Below, in pieces: positions 49,836-62,299 of a stretch of 64,000 nucleotides of DNA. Position numbers and translations under genes: made by a program. The notes below the pieces were generated by a model. That model was not told where the DNA came from, did not search any database, and saw nothing but the letters and a program-made list of their open reading frames with translations. The stretch comes from Ginglymostoma cirratum. Its lineage: Eukaryota. The stretch's first letter is position 1, and the number at the start of each line of letters is the position of its first letter. The stretch spans positions 10,345,601 through 10,409,600 of the forward strand of contig JAHRHZ010000217.1 in the NCBI GenBank assembly GCA_024137785.1, given 5' to 3'.

Positions 49836-50133
49836 GTGGCATGGTGGCTCAGTGGTTAGCACTGCTGCCTCACAGTGCCAGGAACCCATGTTTGAATTCA
49901 CCCTTTGGTGACTGTTTGTGTGGAGTTTGCACATTTTTTTCTGTGTCTGTGTGGGTATCCTCCAGGTGCTCTGGTTTCCCTCCACAGCCCAGAGATGTGT
50001 GGGTTAGGTGAATTAGCCGTGGGCAATGTAGCATTCAGGGATAGGGTGGATCTGGATGGGATACACTTCAGAGGGTTGCTGTGGACTCAATGGGCTGAAT
50101 GGCCTGATCCCACATTGTAGGGATTCTATGATT
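49836..50133 (+). mobile_element. HE1-type V-SINE
   Basis: Head ggcatggtggctcagtggttagcactgctgcctcacagtgccagg, V-domain, and tail tgtagggattctatgatt. Confidence 0.9.
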
Positions 50134-50414
50134 AAGGGTGTTCATCAGTTGCACATCATCCATGGTTAGGAGAACTTCACTCAGGCTTCTGCCAGGGTTA
50201 CCATGCAGAATCTTACCACAAATCCTGGTTGCAGATATTGCTTCCTCTGATTTTTTTTGCATTATTATGAGGAAATGCTTGACCTTAGCTCATCGTCTTA
50301 ATGCAGCAAACTGGGTACAATGGCAACTTGAGACCACATTCCTCATCCACCAGCCTGTGATACATTGGTTAGGAGAAGCATTTCTGGAAGAAAGTCCATG
50401 AAAGGTTAACATCT

Positions 50415-50625
50415 CTGAACTGACCTACGCTGAGTTTTTCAGGTTTTTTTTCCGTTTATTTGTTTCAGACTTCCAGCATTTGCACTATTTTCTACTTTGA
50501 AAACCAAATAAATTAAATAAACAACAAAACAAAACAGAAATTGCTGGAAAAGACCAGCAGGTCTGGCAGTTTCTGTGGAGGAAAAAACAGAGTTAACGTT
50601 TCGTGTCCAGTGACCTTCCTCAGAC
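50415..50625. mobile_element. Two tail-to-tail Penelope-like terminal fragments; hammerhead core on - strand at 50595-50623
   Basis: 50415-50500 is a decayed inverted copy and 50525-50625 is a family A copy. Minus strand reads CTGAGGA-A-GGTC-actg-GACAC-GAAA-CG-TT-AACT. Confidence 0.7.
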
Positions 50626-50689
50626 CCTTCCTTAGATCAAATAATCCTTTGAGTATCACGTAATAACTTTAGTCTGGTAATTCCTGTCA

Positions 50690-51230
50690 TCATTGGAAAG
50701 AACTATTTGTCGCTTTCACAGATGCAATATTGGGAGTGTATGCTTACTACCTATCCTCTCCCACCAAGCTTCCGGTGAGCGGAAACAGGAGGCATGTGGA
50801 TGTCCTTGTACTAAAACTCTTCATTTGACTCAGTTAAAGTAACTATTGATGACACAATAGGGTTCAAGGCTCATTAGCTGCGCAATTTTTAAATGCAATC
50901 AGTGCTGCAATTCTTCACAGAATCCAATATCTGCTTTTCACACTCAGCCCGTACATCTGCGCTTGTAACTTGCCCTCAAGTGAAACAGAGCATGGGCAAT
51001 GTTCTCATGGCCAAGGGCCACTCCCTAGCTCTGACCTGTCTGATATTCAATGTGAGGTTCAGGATTCCCCTTCGCATCGTGCAGTGGTACTAATTACTTC
51101 CTAAACAATTCTTTCATAGCACTGGCTCACAGTGCTTCATGGATGCCCAGTTTTGAGCCATTACATCCATTCATAATCTATCCCATTTAACACAATGGCA
51201 GTGCCACCAATCAGGATGGAGCACTTACAG
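50690..51230. promoter_or_regulatory. Candidate enhancer / conserved non-coding element
   Basis: Unique, balanced-GC block between repeats with TGACTCA, ACAATAG, ACAATGG, CTCATTAG, TAATTA and TGACCT motifs. Confidence 0.4.
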
Positions 51231-51425
51231 CAGCAGGACCAAAAGATAGATAAATATAGTGTTTTGTATGTTGGTAGGGCCAACTTGACATATACTTGCC
51301 ATTTTGAAAGAAGCATTTAAAAACAGGTTGAGAAAGAAAAAAGACTCAGATAGTGCTTTGTTCACTGAAAGTTTGGGACCAATGTGAAGAAGCTGCAGCT
51401 CATAGGGTTTTGCATATGTATCAAA

Positions 51426-51616
51426 GGACATTGTGGCTCAGGGGTTAGCCCTGCTCCCTCACAGTGCTGGAGACCTGGGTTCAAATCCCAGCATTGCACA
51501 ACTGTCTGTGTGGAATTTGCATGTTTCCTCTCTGATTGCTTGGCTTTGCACTAGTTTCCTCCCACAGTCTAAAGATGTGCAGGTCAGATAGATTGGCTGT
51601 GCTAATTGCCCTGTAG
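51426..51616 (+). mobile_element. HE1-type V-SINE, 5' half
   Basis: gtggctcaggggttagc...gggttcaaatccc...ctcccacagtctaaagatgtgcaggtcag. Confidence 0.85.
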
Positions 51617-51724
51617 ATCTAGAGGTGACTTGATAGAGAATAGATAGCACTTTTGCTGATGCGTCAGTTTAACACAATTGAGAGGGCTAGGGATCACAAG
51701 CATAAACCTTGGAGGAGTAGAAAT

Positions 51725-52420
51725 TTTTGATTTGATTTATTTCTTGTCACATGCATATACAGTATGCATATGCATATCCAATATACAGTAAAAACTGTTG
51801 TATAGTGTCGCCACTTTCCAGTGCCATCTTATAACACAGAAATATAGACCAAAGCATAGAATATAAAGGCAGAAAAATAGGAAAAATTGAAATAAAACTC
51901 AACCATACTGTCCTTCTTGTTAAATGCTCAGCTGTGGACCTGGAGCAGCCAGCCACGAGTTCCCTTGTCACGTTGCCAGAACAAGAGATGCCACTCTCCG
52001 GCGCCATCTTGCCTGCCCTGAAGCCGCTGCCACCATGGGTCCTCACCAGTGCAGCCGCCACCCATGCCACCAGGTCCTGCGGCAGCCCAAATGCGACCCT
52101 ACCAATGCCGCCAAAGACCCACTTAGGGACCACTTCGCTGGTGCAGCCGCCCCTGATGCCACTGGGTCTTGCACTGGGCCCAAGAGATGCCGCGGGGAAT
52201 CCAAACTTGCGTATGCTGCAGCAGCCATGAGTCAACGCCTGCCCATGTCGTTGATGCAGAAACAGCAGGGAGCCCAAATCCACCACTGATTCCTCCGCCA
52301 CCGCCGATGCAGTTGCTGCAACCGAGCTCTTCACAAGAGGTGAGTAAAAAGAAGAAAGAGAAACAAGAGAAAAAAAAGTAAAAGAAAAGCAGACTGAGTG
52401 AACGAGTCCCTGGATCCAGA
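51725..52420 (-). mobile_element. GC-rich non-autonomous retroposon with (TCAAA)n tail
   Basis: Minus strand ends catgtgacaagaaataaatcaaatcaaa, like the insert at 60400-60570 (catgtgacaataaa...(TTCAA)n). Overlapping ORFs have no recognisable motif. Confidence 0.55.
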
Positions 52421-55400
52421 ATAGACTGGACGTTAGGTTGTCACATAGAGGGTCAAGCGCAAAGGATGCATAGGAGCATCATCAGCTGAAAATTGCCTTC
52501 CAAGCCACTTTCTATCCAGACTTGGAACTGTATTGCTCTTACTTCACTGATGCTGGGCCAAAGATCTGAAACACCTAACAGCACTGTCGATGTATTTACA
52601 GCCCAAGGACTGGAGCTGTTCAAGACGGTATAAATGCTGGCCTCAGCAGCAACACACATTTCCCATGAACGATATCAACAGAGTAGCTCTTCAGAAGCAG
52701 CAGAACTTTCCTGGGATCATTTGCTGGTGGGGATCCTATTCAGCAGCAGCATTCAGGAAGCAAGGATGTGCTCATGTTAGCATTGGGTGATGTTAGGAGG
52801 TCACCTTTGTGTGAAAAGGAAAATCCAGACCTAATTATTTTGGTATTATTTTTGGTGGGACTGGGTATTAATCCTGAGGACTTTTTAGGAAAGCAACAGG
52901 CTCTGAATATTCTGTTCTTTACCACACTTCTGAAACTGTTATAGCAGAAAAAAACAACAGAAATCTTCTGCCAAGATAATCACTGTCAGTCAGAAAATTC
53001 AAGCCACTTGATAAACAGAACTGGCAAAGCTCAGAAACTTTGGTTGGGGAAGTTTGCAGAATTTTTGTGTGGCAAAGTTACTAAATAGATCACCACATCC
53101 GTTCTCAAAATTTAAGCTATCCAAGCCATAAATAACTTGATCTTGTATTGTGATGTTCCTGCTGAAAATATATCCTTCCCAGCTACTACCATGGAAAGTT
53201 AGTGAAATGATGGAAGCTAATTGTTGGATGTTGGCAATGAATGACTGAACACTGCAGTTAGAGTGGTTGCCAAACTACGGGAACCATTTTAAAAGGACAT
53301 GACCAAAATGAGCCTCATGTGGAAAATGCCTAATAAGCAATGGCCAGAGGGAAAATCATACCTGACAAACACCTTTTTTCTTTGGGAACATTACAGCAGA
53401 GGAAATATCTAAACTATGTCTGAGTCTATTGGCTTTTTCTCTTGATTGCACAGAAAATATTCATATTAAAATCAATGTATGGGAATCCAGGCACTGAATT
53501 CAAAGTTGTTTAAGGGTAGAAGCAGGAATCACTAGTATTTTGATAAACTAAGATGGGATCAGTGGGAGGTGTCAGGGAAAAGTGTGTGGTGGTGGGGCAG
53601 TGTTTAGTGGAGTCCCACAGAAATCACTGCTGTGACCACTATCTTTTTGCTATTTACATAAATGAACTGCATACTGAGACCAGATGTAAGATTGTTAAAT
53701 TTGCAGCCAGCAATAAGATTGGGACCTGCAGCTGATAGCAAAGAATGCAATAAAAAAAACCTGTAGTTACAATTTGGGAAAATGGTGCGAAAGCTAATTT
53801 CAAAGTGAACAGAAGAGAATTTAAAAGACTCTCATATCAGCCCATGTGAATGGTGTCAGTTCCTGATTTTCCTCTTCTTTTTCTAACAGTCTGTATGATA
53901 GGCAGACAAAGACCACTCTAAGTGCACTCCAACTGACTAGTCTTTAGCCTGACTGTCTTTATGAGTTCATGGACATCGGAGTTGGAATGATGAAGCCTGT
54001 TTTCAATGAGGTCTTGTACTTGGAAACTGGAACAGAAATCCAGATTGTAGCAACGGCAATGGACACTGTTGTTTACTTTTTTTCTGGATATCAGCCGGAA
54101 AGCCTCAAAACTAGTTAGCCTTACAGAGGTGGACAATTACTTACTGGATAGCCAAACATACGCACCTCGGCCTGACCCATTTCTTCATTGTGCCCCTACA
54201 GGAGACACACACCCGACCAGCCAGAAGGAAAATGAGGTGCAAGATGTTGCCAGGCCCCTTCCGTTTGTTTTCATAATAATTTGGTGCTTGCTGCAGATGG
54301 GAGCACAAGCATTGTGCCTCCCATTGCCTCAGTGCATTTAAATAGAGTGCTGCATGAGTAAGAAATGCCTTTTGGTTTGCAACTGCAGAGAAAGTCAAAT
54401 TCCAATGTTTCATTTCTTGAGTAAGACTGCACAGAACTGCTCCATTAGCTGTGAATGTAGGTAACAAACTACCAAATATTTTTGCAAAGAAATGTTTTTA
54501 AAAGAAAATCAATTTCAAGAATAAGCAAAAGGAACAAGGTGGCAGTCAGCATCATCAGGAAGAATGAACAAAAGGAGAATTAGAGGTAAAGTACAAGAGA
54601 AGAAGCAAGCTGTTTGATGATTATCTGGTATTGAGTTAAAGACAATTATTTTCTCTTCCTAAGCTTTGTAGTAATACAAGAACTGGTGCTGGTGTTAAAA
54701 AAGGGAAACAAATAACTGAGTACATTTTTAAAAATAGTCAACTAAGGAAGTACATTAAAAATGGCTGCTGGGAGATGTAGTGTATGGGAGATCCTAAATG
54801 CCTGTGTGATCCAGGGCATACATGTCTGCAGTAAAGTTGCTTTTAAAGCTTGAGCAGTTTTGGTGGAGAGTTAAAGAGCTAGAGACCAAACTGCACACAC
54901 TGTGGCACTGCAGGAAGGGGGATGCTATTTGGATTTTTTATACCAGGAGGCAGTCACATCCCTTCAGATAGGCTCTTCGGATTTGGACAGGTGTCGAGGG
55001 AAGAAGGATGTGACTGCAAGTAGGGCAGGTAAGTGGACCCAGAAGGCAGGGATGCAGGAGCCGCATAGAGTAACAGGTTTGAGGTTACTTCTGTTTGGAG
55101 GAGCACAGGAGCTGCAGAATGATGACCCAAAGGGTTATGGGACTGGGGTACAGGAAGCCATTCAAATATGGGTAGCAGCAAAGAACGTATTGGTAATAAG
55201 GGAAAGTCTAGCATGGGAGGTTGAAACTGCACTGTGCAGTAAAGAGCATGAATCCAGAAGGCTGTGTTGCCTACCAGGTTCTGGCATTCAGGACATCTGC
55301 ACAGAGCTGAGCAAGAATCTGGAGGGAGAGGATCCTGTTTTCATGTCCATGTATATAGCAATGACATAGGCAGGACAAGGCAACAGATTCTGGTTAGCCA

Positions 55401-55954
55401 ATAGGAGGAGCTGGGCAGTAACCTCAGAGCAGAACCTCAAGTGTAACAATCTCTAGCTTCCTAGCTGAGCCAAACGCAATTGGCAGATGGTTCATTGAAC
55501 AAAGTAAAATAAATTCATTGGCTTAAGACTGATTTGGGACAAGTATTTTCCTACTTGTGCAGCACTGGCATCAATCCTGGGAAAATGAGTGCAGTGCTGT
55601 TGGGATAATCTTCACCCAAACCGCGCAGGGAGCAGAGTTCTAACAAGCCATATGATGAGCGAAGTAGCAAGGGCTATAAAATAAGCAATGCGGAATGAGA
55701 GATCAAGCTTCAGTCGGTGTAGCAAACCATGGGGTAGAACTAAGACAGGAAAGCAAAATAGTAATATGGAAATTGAATGCCAGAGAATGGCAGGAAGGAC
55801 TGACAGAACAAGACTAAGAATCAACAATCAAGATGAGGTGATACAAAGATAATAAAAGTTCAAAACTAAATGCCCTATATCTGAATGCATCATGTAACAT
55901 TCATAACAAAGTGAAAGAATTGATGGCACACATGGAAGTAAATGAAATTTTAAA

Positions 55955-56420
55955 TCCACTTGTCTGGTTGTCCGCAGCTCCAGCAACACTCAAGAAGCTT
56001 GCCATTGTCCAGAACAAAGCAGCCTGTTTGATTGGTACCACATCCACTTACTCCATCACCAACACTCAGGGGCAGCAGTGTGTGCCATCTTTCAGAAACA
56101 ACACGGAAATTCACCAAAGCTCCTTAGTCAACATTTTCCAAACCCACAGTTCCTAGCATTTAGAAGGGGAAGGGCATCAGATACATGGGGAACACCACCA
56201 CTTGCAAGTTCCCCTGCAAACCACTCACCATCCTGATTTGGAAATATGTCATCATTGTTGGGAGAAAATCTTAGAATTCCCTTCCTAAGTTCCCTACACC
56301 ATGCAGACTCCAGCAGTTTGAGGGGGCAGCTCACCACCACCTGCTCAAGAGCAGTCAGGGAGGGACAATAAATGCCCTAGCCAGCGACCCTCACATTGCA
56401 TGAGTGAATTAAAAAAAAAT
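55955..56420 (+). mobile_element. LINE family C 3' fragment nested in CR1
   Basis: PLVWLSAAPATLKKLAIVQNKAACLIGT matches 9355-9450; shared tail. Confidence 0.85.
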
Positions 56421-56771
56421 CTGATAGCGACTCTGGGGATGTGACTTAAGAATGACAAGAACGAGGTGCTGAAAATTGGGGGAATATGATATTCAAAAAT
56501 GACAGGAAGCTAGATAACAGTGGAAGGGTGGGGCTGTTAATCAATATTACTATTCTTAGTTAGGAATGACCTTCAGGAGATCAGCATGTAGAATTGGTGT
56601 TGATGGAGACGATGAATAATAAGGAAAAGAAGTGATCAAAAGGCCGTTAACTGTAACTATAATGTAGGATGAAGTACACAAAAAAATTGGTGCTCTTGAT
56701 AAAGGGAAGGCAATAATCATGGGGTGGATCTATATATAAACTGGAAAAATCAGTTTGGCAATGGTAGTGTC

Positions 56772-57128
56772 CTTTATTCATTAACAGGATGGGGGTGTCA
56801 ATCTCCAGGCAGCATTTATTGCCCATCCCTAATTGCCCAGAGGGCAGTTAAGAGTTAACCACATTGCTGTGGGTTCTGGAGTCGCATGTAGGCCAGACCA
56901 GGTAAGGATGGCAGTTTCCTTTGCTCAAGGACATTAGTGAACCAGATGGGTTTTTCCTGACAAACAACAATGGATTCATGGTCATCATTAGATTCTTAAT
57001 TCCAGATATGTATTGAATTCAAATGCCACCATCTGCCGTGGTGGGATTCAAACCTGGGTCCCCAGAACATTATCTGGGTCTCCGGGTTAACAGTCCAGCG
57101 ATAATACCACTAGGCCATTGCCTCCCCT
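56772..57128 (-). mobile_element. Full-length SINE family B nested in CR1
   Basis: Complete reverse-complement match to 2821-3125 and 7437-7758. Confidence 0.9.
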
Positions 57129-58739
57129 ATGTGGATGAGGAGCTCACAGAATGTCTTTCAGGCAGTTTGTTAGAGCAGTACATTTCAAGAACCACCAGAA
57201 AACAGGTCATAATAGTTTTGTATTCTAACAGAATTAATGAATGACTGCTGAGTAAAGGCAGTGACCAAAATGTCGTTGAATTTGACATTTAGCTTGAAAG
57301 GGAGAAGTTTGGGTATAAGACTAATATTTTAAACTTAAATAAGTGCAATTATTTGGGCATGAAAGCTAGCTGATGTAAACTGATCACTAGGCTAGGGGAT
57401 AGATCAAAAGAGAAGCGGTGACAGACGTTCAAGAGGAAATTTCAAGTTACTTAGATGATGTATATTCCTACTACAAAGAAAAAGGAGAGAACCCACCAGC
57501 TTGAATGAACTAAAGATTTAAAGAAAAGCATCCAATTTAAGGAAAAAAAGGTAATAGCACATGGGTAAGTGTCAGATCGGATGATTGGGGAGCTAGTAGA
57601 TAAACTGTATTTGAAATTCCAGAAGATGTTTGCAAAGGTGTCACATAAAAGGTTATTGCATAGAGTAGAAACTCATGAATAGGGATTAACATATTAGCAG
57701 GGATGTAAGATTGTCTGACTGAAAGAAGACAGAATGTATACATAAATGAGTCATTTCCTGATTAGCGAGGTGTGACAAGTCAAATGCTACAGGCAAATTT
57801 GTTGGGACTTCAGCTTTTTACAATTTTTTTTCAATAACTTAGATGAATGGAGTGAAGGTATGGTAGCTAAATTTGCAGACAACACAAAGATAGATACTAA
57901 AATACGATGTGAAGAAAATGTAAGAAAGGTGTAGATGGATATTGATAGAGTCACAGGTTAAGTGACTGGACAAAAAAATCTCGCAGATTAAGTATAATAT
58001 GGGAAAATGTAAAGTTTGTTACTTAGGCAAGAAGCGTAAAAGAATTATATCATTACATAAAAGGAGAGTGCAGAATTCCAAGGTGTAGGGAGATCTGTGT
58101 GTTCTAGTACCTGAGTTATTCTGAGTTACATGGGTACAGCGAGAAATAAAGATGGCTGATAGAATGCTATCCTTAAATATGAGTGAAGTTGAACATTTAA
58201 AAATAAGGAAGATTATAAATACTTCTGAGGCAATTCACAGAGGCTTACTAGATTAGTAACTGGAATATGCAGGTTGTCTTATTAGTGAAGGTTGAATAGA
58301 ATGGGATTATTTCCACTAGAGTTTAGAAGAGCGAGGGGTGACTTTACTGAAGTGAATAGACACTGAATGGTGTTTACAATGTGGATGGAGATAGGATGTA
58401 TCCTCTGGTAGAGAGCCCAGGACTAGAGGCACTTCTTTTTTCTGAGAGGGTTGTGCTACTTTAGAATTTGCTACCTCAGAATTAGTGGAAGTGGGGGTCA
58501 TTGAATATTGTTAAGGAAGAAATAAATAATTTCTTACTGTGTCGTGGAATCAAAGGTTATCACATGTAAATGGGAATGTGGAATTCAAAACACAAACAGA
58601 CCAGTCATGATCTTATTGAATGTTGGAGTAGGTTTGATGGATCAAATGGCCTGCTTCTGCTTCTGATTTATATGTTCACATGAAATATGAAATGCTGAGA
58701 ATGGGAGCTGTCACCTGTTATACTTCTCTACTGTTTAAA

Positions 58740-59370
58740 ACTGGGAAAGATGATCAGCTGTCAATATGCTATTTCTCAACTATGCTATCGTCCAAAATGC
58801 CTTCATGTCTCAGAAGAGGTAGCGAACTCAGGATTTGTTGGATATGATGGTTATTTTTGGTTTTGATTTCATTTGTTTCAGAGCCAAGCACAAATGTAGC
58901 AGCTAAATAAAATGTGATTATTACACTGCTGTCCCTAGTGAGCATCTGGTCAATGAAAATATTCCTTGTGAGAGCCTTTTGTTGAGACAGGAATTAACTC
59001 TTAATTTTCAAATGAAAATTTACTGGTTTATAATGATTAAACTAGGGACTGTAGCTGGTACGTCAATGAACTGGCAGATGTAAATGACAAACCATTGCCA
59101 AAGAGCTTCATTTTATTTAATTAGAACTGTTAGCAGAACTACATTTCACGTAACAAATTATTCTTGGCACCAAACTGTCATGAACTATGGAAATTCAATT
59201 AGAAAGGGGCATTGATTTAGAACCCTGAGATTATTAATCCTTCCTAGCACTGGGAAACAGTTGGTACGTTTAATGAATACTGACTATTAGTTCCTGAGAG
59301 GCTGAACAGTTAGTAAATTCTCAGATATTTACCATTTCATCAATGCTGGCAAGTACTTTGAAAATAATCT
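58740..59370. promoter_or_regulatory. Candidate enhancer / conserved non-coding block
   Basis: Unique sequence with CAGCTGTCA, CATCTG/CAGATG E-boxes, TAATGATTA and TTAATTA. Confidence 0.3.
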
Positions 59371-59474
59371 GAAACACTGGACTGAATCTTTTTATGGGAA
59401 ATTGTCATTAGTTACATTCTGTCTTCCAACTTAGCCTGCAATAGTCTGCTCAGGCTGTAGCACTCAGATACAAT

Positions 59475-60110
59475 ACAGGAACTAGAAGAAGGAATCGGCC
59501 CCTTGAGCCTCCTCCACTATTTGATACGATCATGACTGATCCGCTGTCTCAATGGCATTTTCCTGCTTCCTAGCTATAGTCCTTGTTGCCTTTAACGTCA
59601 AAAAAAATTATCAATCTCTTGCTTGAATTTACTTAGTGATCCAGCTTCCAGTCTTCTGTGGAAACAAGTTCCTCAGGCAAATTCCACTCACCCACTAAGT
59701 GAAGAAATATTTCCTCATCTCAGTCCTAAATGGCCTATCCTGCACCCTAAAACTGCTATCCCTGGTTCTAGACTCCCCATCCAGGGCAAAACCTCCCCCT
59801 GGCATTTGGAACGTCCAACTTCATTAAAATTTTGTCTGTTTAAATCAGACGTCCTCTCATTCTTCCAAAGTCTAGTGATTAGACGCCCAGTCGAACCAAT
59901 CTCTCTTCAGTCCTGCTGTCCCAGGTATTAGCCTCGTGAAGCTTGTACGGCCTCTATGGCAAAAATATTCTCACTTAGGCAGAGCAAAACTACACAGCAA
60001 GCTACTCCAGGTGTGGTCTCACCAAGGCCCTGTACAACTGCAGTAAAGCATCTGTACATCTGGACTCAAATCGTCTTGCGATGAAGGTGAACACACCATT
60101 TGTCTTCCTA
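59475..60110 (-). mobile_element. CR1 3' fragment
   Basis: Similar to 12850-13127; includes tactccaggtgtggtctcaccaaggccctgtacaactg (LYRALVRPHLE on the minus strand). Confidence 0.85.
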
Positions 60111-60189
60111 AAGGGAAGCAAATCACTTGAGTTGTTTCAGCTCATAATACCAAAGGCCTCCACAGTGTGTCCCAGTTTTTCTCTGACAT

Positions 60190-60780
60190 AACTTTAGTCT
60201 TCAACCATTCCTACAACCTGGTCATTATTCATGCCTTTCTTACTTAGAAACTTGACTATTTCAATGCAGTTTGGGTTAGCCTCCCACTTTCCACCTACTG
60301 TAATTTTGGAGTCACCTAGAACTCTGCCTATGCCCTAACTCCCATCTAACTATTCACGCATCATTTCTGCACTCACTGACCTGTATCATCTCCCAGTTAT
60401 ACGTATTATTTAGACAAATTGTAATGTTTAACTTTTTAAATTTCTTTTCTTTATTTTTCTGCTTTGGTACCTTTTTTTATCTAGATTGGTACTGTAAGTG
60501 GCAGCTTGTGACACTGTACTCATGTGAGTACATGTGACAATAAACCTAATTCATTCAATTCAATTCAATTCAGTTAAGCTATGCCTCAACTTTAAAATTC
60601 TTGTTCCTGTTTTCAAATTCCTCAATGGTCTCATTCCCAAATGCCAGCATCTCCTTAACATCTGTATCATTTTGACAACCCTATAATCCTTCAAGATATC
60701 TGTTTCACTCCAGTTGTAGCCTTTTGAACATCCCTGGTTTTAAAACACCCCACCAGTGACACTTTGCCGTCAACTATAAA
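60190..60780 (+). mobile_element. Decayed L2 3' fragment containing an insert (60400-60570) flanked by a CAGTTA duplication
   Basis: LDYFNA...LTDLYHLPV / LNFKILVPVFKFLNG is split by the insert. CAGTTA at 60394-60399 and 60571-60576. Confidence 0.7.
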
Positions 60781-61003
60781 GGTAAAGTCACTATGGATTT
60801 ACCACACCACGGGGCTGCTCTGCAATTGGAGAGAGATGACTTTGTGGTGGTTTAACCTGAGGGTCACCAGGCCTCAGGTGAGGGGAGAGATTGAGAAGGA
60901 GAGTCCTTCTTGGTAACTGTGGCTGGTTTGGGAAGTGAACCCATGCTGTTAGCATTGCTCTGCATCAAAAACAAGCTGTCCAGCCAAATGAACTAACTAA
61001 CAC
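60777..61003 (-). mobile_element. tRNA-derived SINE (third family)
   Basis: Minus strand has an A-box-like ttagttcatttggctggacagc and a B-box-like gggttcacttccc. Confidence 0.6.
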
Positions 61004-61139
61004 CCCCTCCACCCTGCACCCCCTGCCCTGCCCCCTCCCCCCCAAAACCACCACCACCACCACCCTTCAACTGCACAGGCCTTATGCTTTTGAATTCCCT
61101 TCCTGAATTTGTGGTTCTCATCGCTGGGTGACCATTGAG

Positions 61140-61520
61140 GTTTTCGGGCTGTTCATTAAATAATCAACAATCTTGTTGGGCATTGTGTAATGCATTTTAC
61201 AAAACATAGCAGAGGGACTCTGGTAATAGCACTACAATGTTTGGCTTCATAATTAATTTTAAATAAGATTAATTGTATCATGATTAGTAATGATTGGTAC
61301 GGAAGAAGCTTCTCTTGCTTTTTGCATCTCAAGAAGCGAACCACTTGCAATTTCCCCTGGGTGGTATTGTGTTAAAGTCAAGACCAAGTGAATCAACAAG
61401 TTGTGGCTCGAGGCAGCATCAGTCTGCATCAGGAGGTGGGAGCAGTGTGCTGTTGGCACATGTACAGTGCTGATTCAGGTGGCTGCTTCACCTCGGGAGG
61501 TAGGCACTAAAGATTGTTCA
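61140..61520. promoter_or_regulatory. Candidate enhancer / conserved non-coding element
   Basis: Dense Sox-like (AACAAT, CATTGT, ACAATG) and homeodomain (CATTA, TAATTA, GATTAATTG, TAATGA) motifs. Confidence 0.4.
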
Positions 61521-62299
61521 ATGTTATTATTTTAGCATCTTTATCTTCTACAATTCTCCTGTTTGAGGTGAGAAGGAGGAGTTTTGGAACTCTACAAAAA
61601 TGTACATTTTAAGCCAAATAATCCAAAATATACTGTTTCTGACATTAACCGACAGATTCTAAAGGAAACTCTTAATGTATAACAACAGGCCAACAAGCTG
61701 TTGGTCACCTATCTCATGCAGCTCAGCATCACTTTTTGCTGGATAATGTTCCTGTGAAGACATTTTATTCTGTTAAAGGCTCTACATAAATTCAAGTTGC
61801 TGTTGATGTTGTTCAGATTTATGGAGTCTCACTGGGCACATAGTTGGCTATACCATTTCCTAAAATACCACACTGATTACTCCTCAAAAGAATGTAATTG
61901 GCTGTAAATTGTTTTGCGACATCTTGTGGTTATGAAAGGCAGCGTATAAATGCATGTTATTCCTTTCCTTACCTGTCATCTGGGTTGAAAGAGAGTTCTA
62001 AGTTGGCAGTGAATTGGAAAGAAGACCTGGAGGAGAGCAGGGCTCTATGGGACCAAGCAACATGGGGGTAATGTATAGCAATTGATCACTGTCCAATTCA
62101 GATTTCAAATAAGATTTGGCATTTGTTTCCAAGTGGCCAGTTTATGTTGAGAAGGCACCTTTTATGTTTCAGGATCACGTGGTGAAAGATTTTTATTGAT
62201 ACCTTATTGACTAGAGCACGAGAGGCCAGAGCTATTTCTCTGAAAATGACTTGTTTCTGTTCGGTTCAAGTTCAAAACCACCTGATGGATCTTGAATCA

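Larger units (their letters stand above)
54560..58680 (+). mobile_element. Long decayed CR1 (5'UTR, ORF1, EN, RT, 3'UTR) with internal deletions and two nested inserts
   Basis: ORF1 peptide NVLVIRESL....TALCSKEHESRRLCCLPGSGIQDI...LEGEDPV; LNALYLNA at the ORF2 start (~55866); NNLDE..KFADNTK (~57833-57890); CR1 tail near 58640. Confidence 0.85.

Noticed and set aside
38698-50881. Exact 14-mer GGCTCATTAGCTGC at 38698-38711 and 50868-50881
   Set aside because: Several chance 14-mer matches are expected among all position pairs in 64 kb, and the flanks do not align.
51747-52381. Five overlapping ORFs, up to 195 aa
   Set aside because: GC-rich repeat sequence has few stop codons; there is no domain motif or splice structure.
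61002-61066. C-rich tract with G4 potential on the minus strand (also 13763-13788)
   Set aside because: Low-complexity expansion at a repeat junction with no supporting context.
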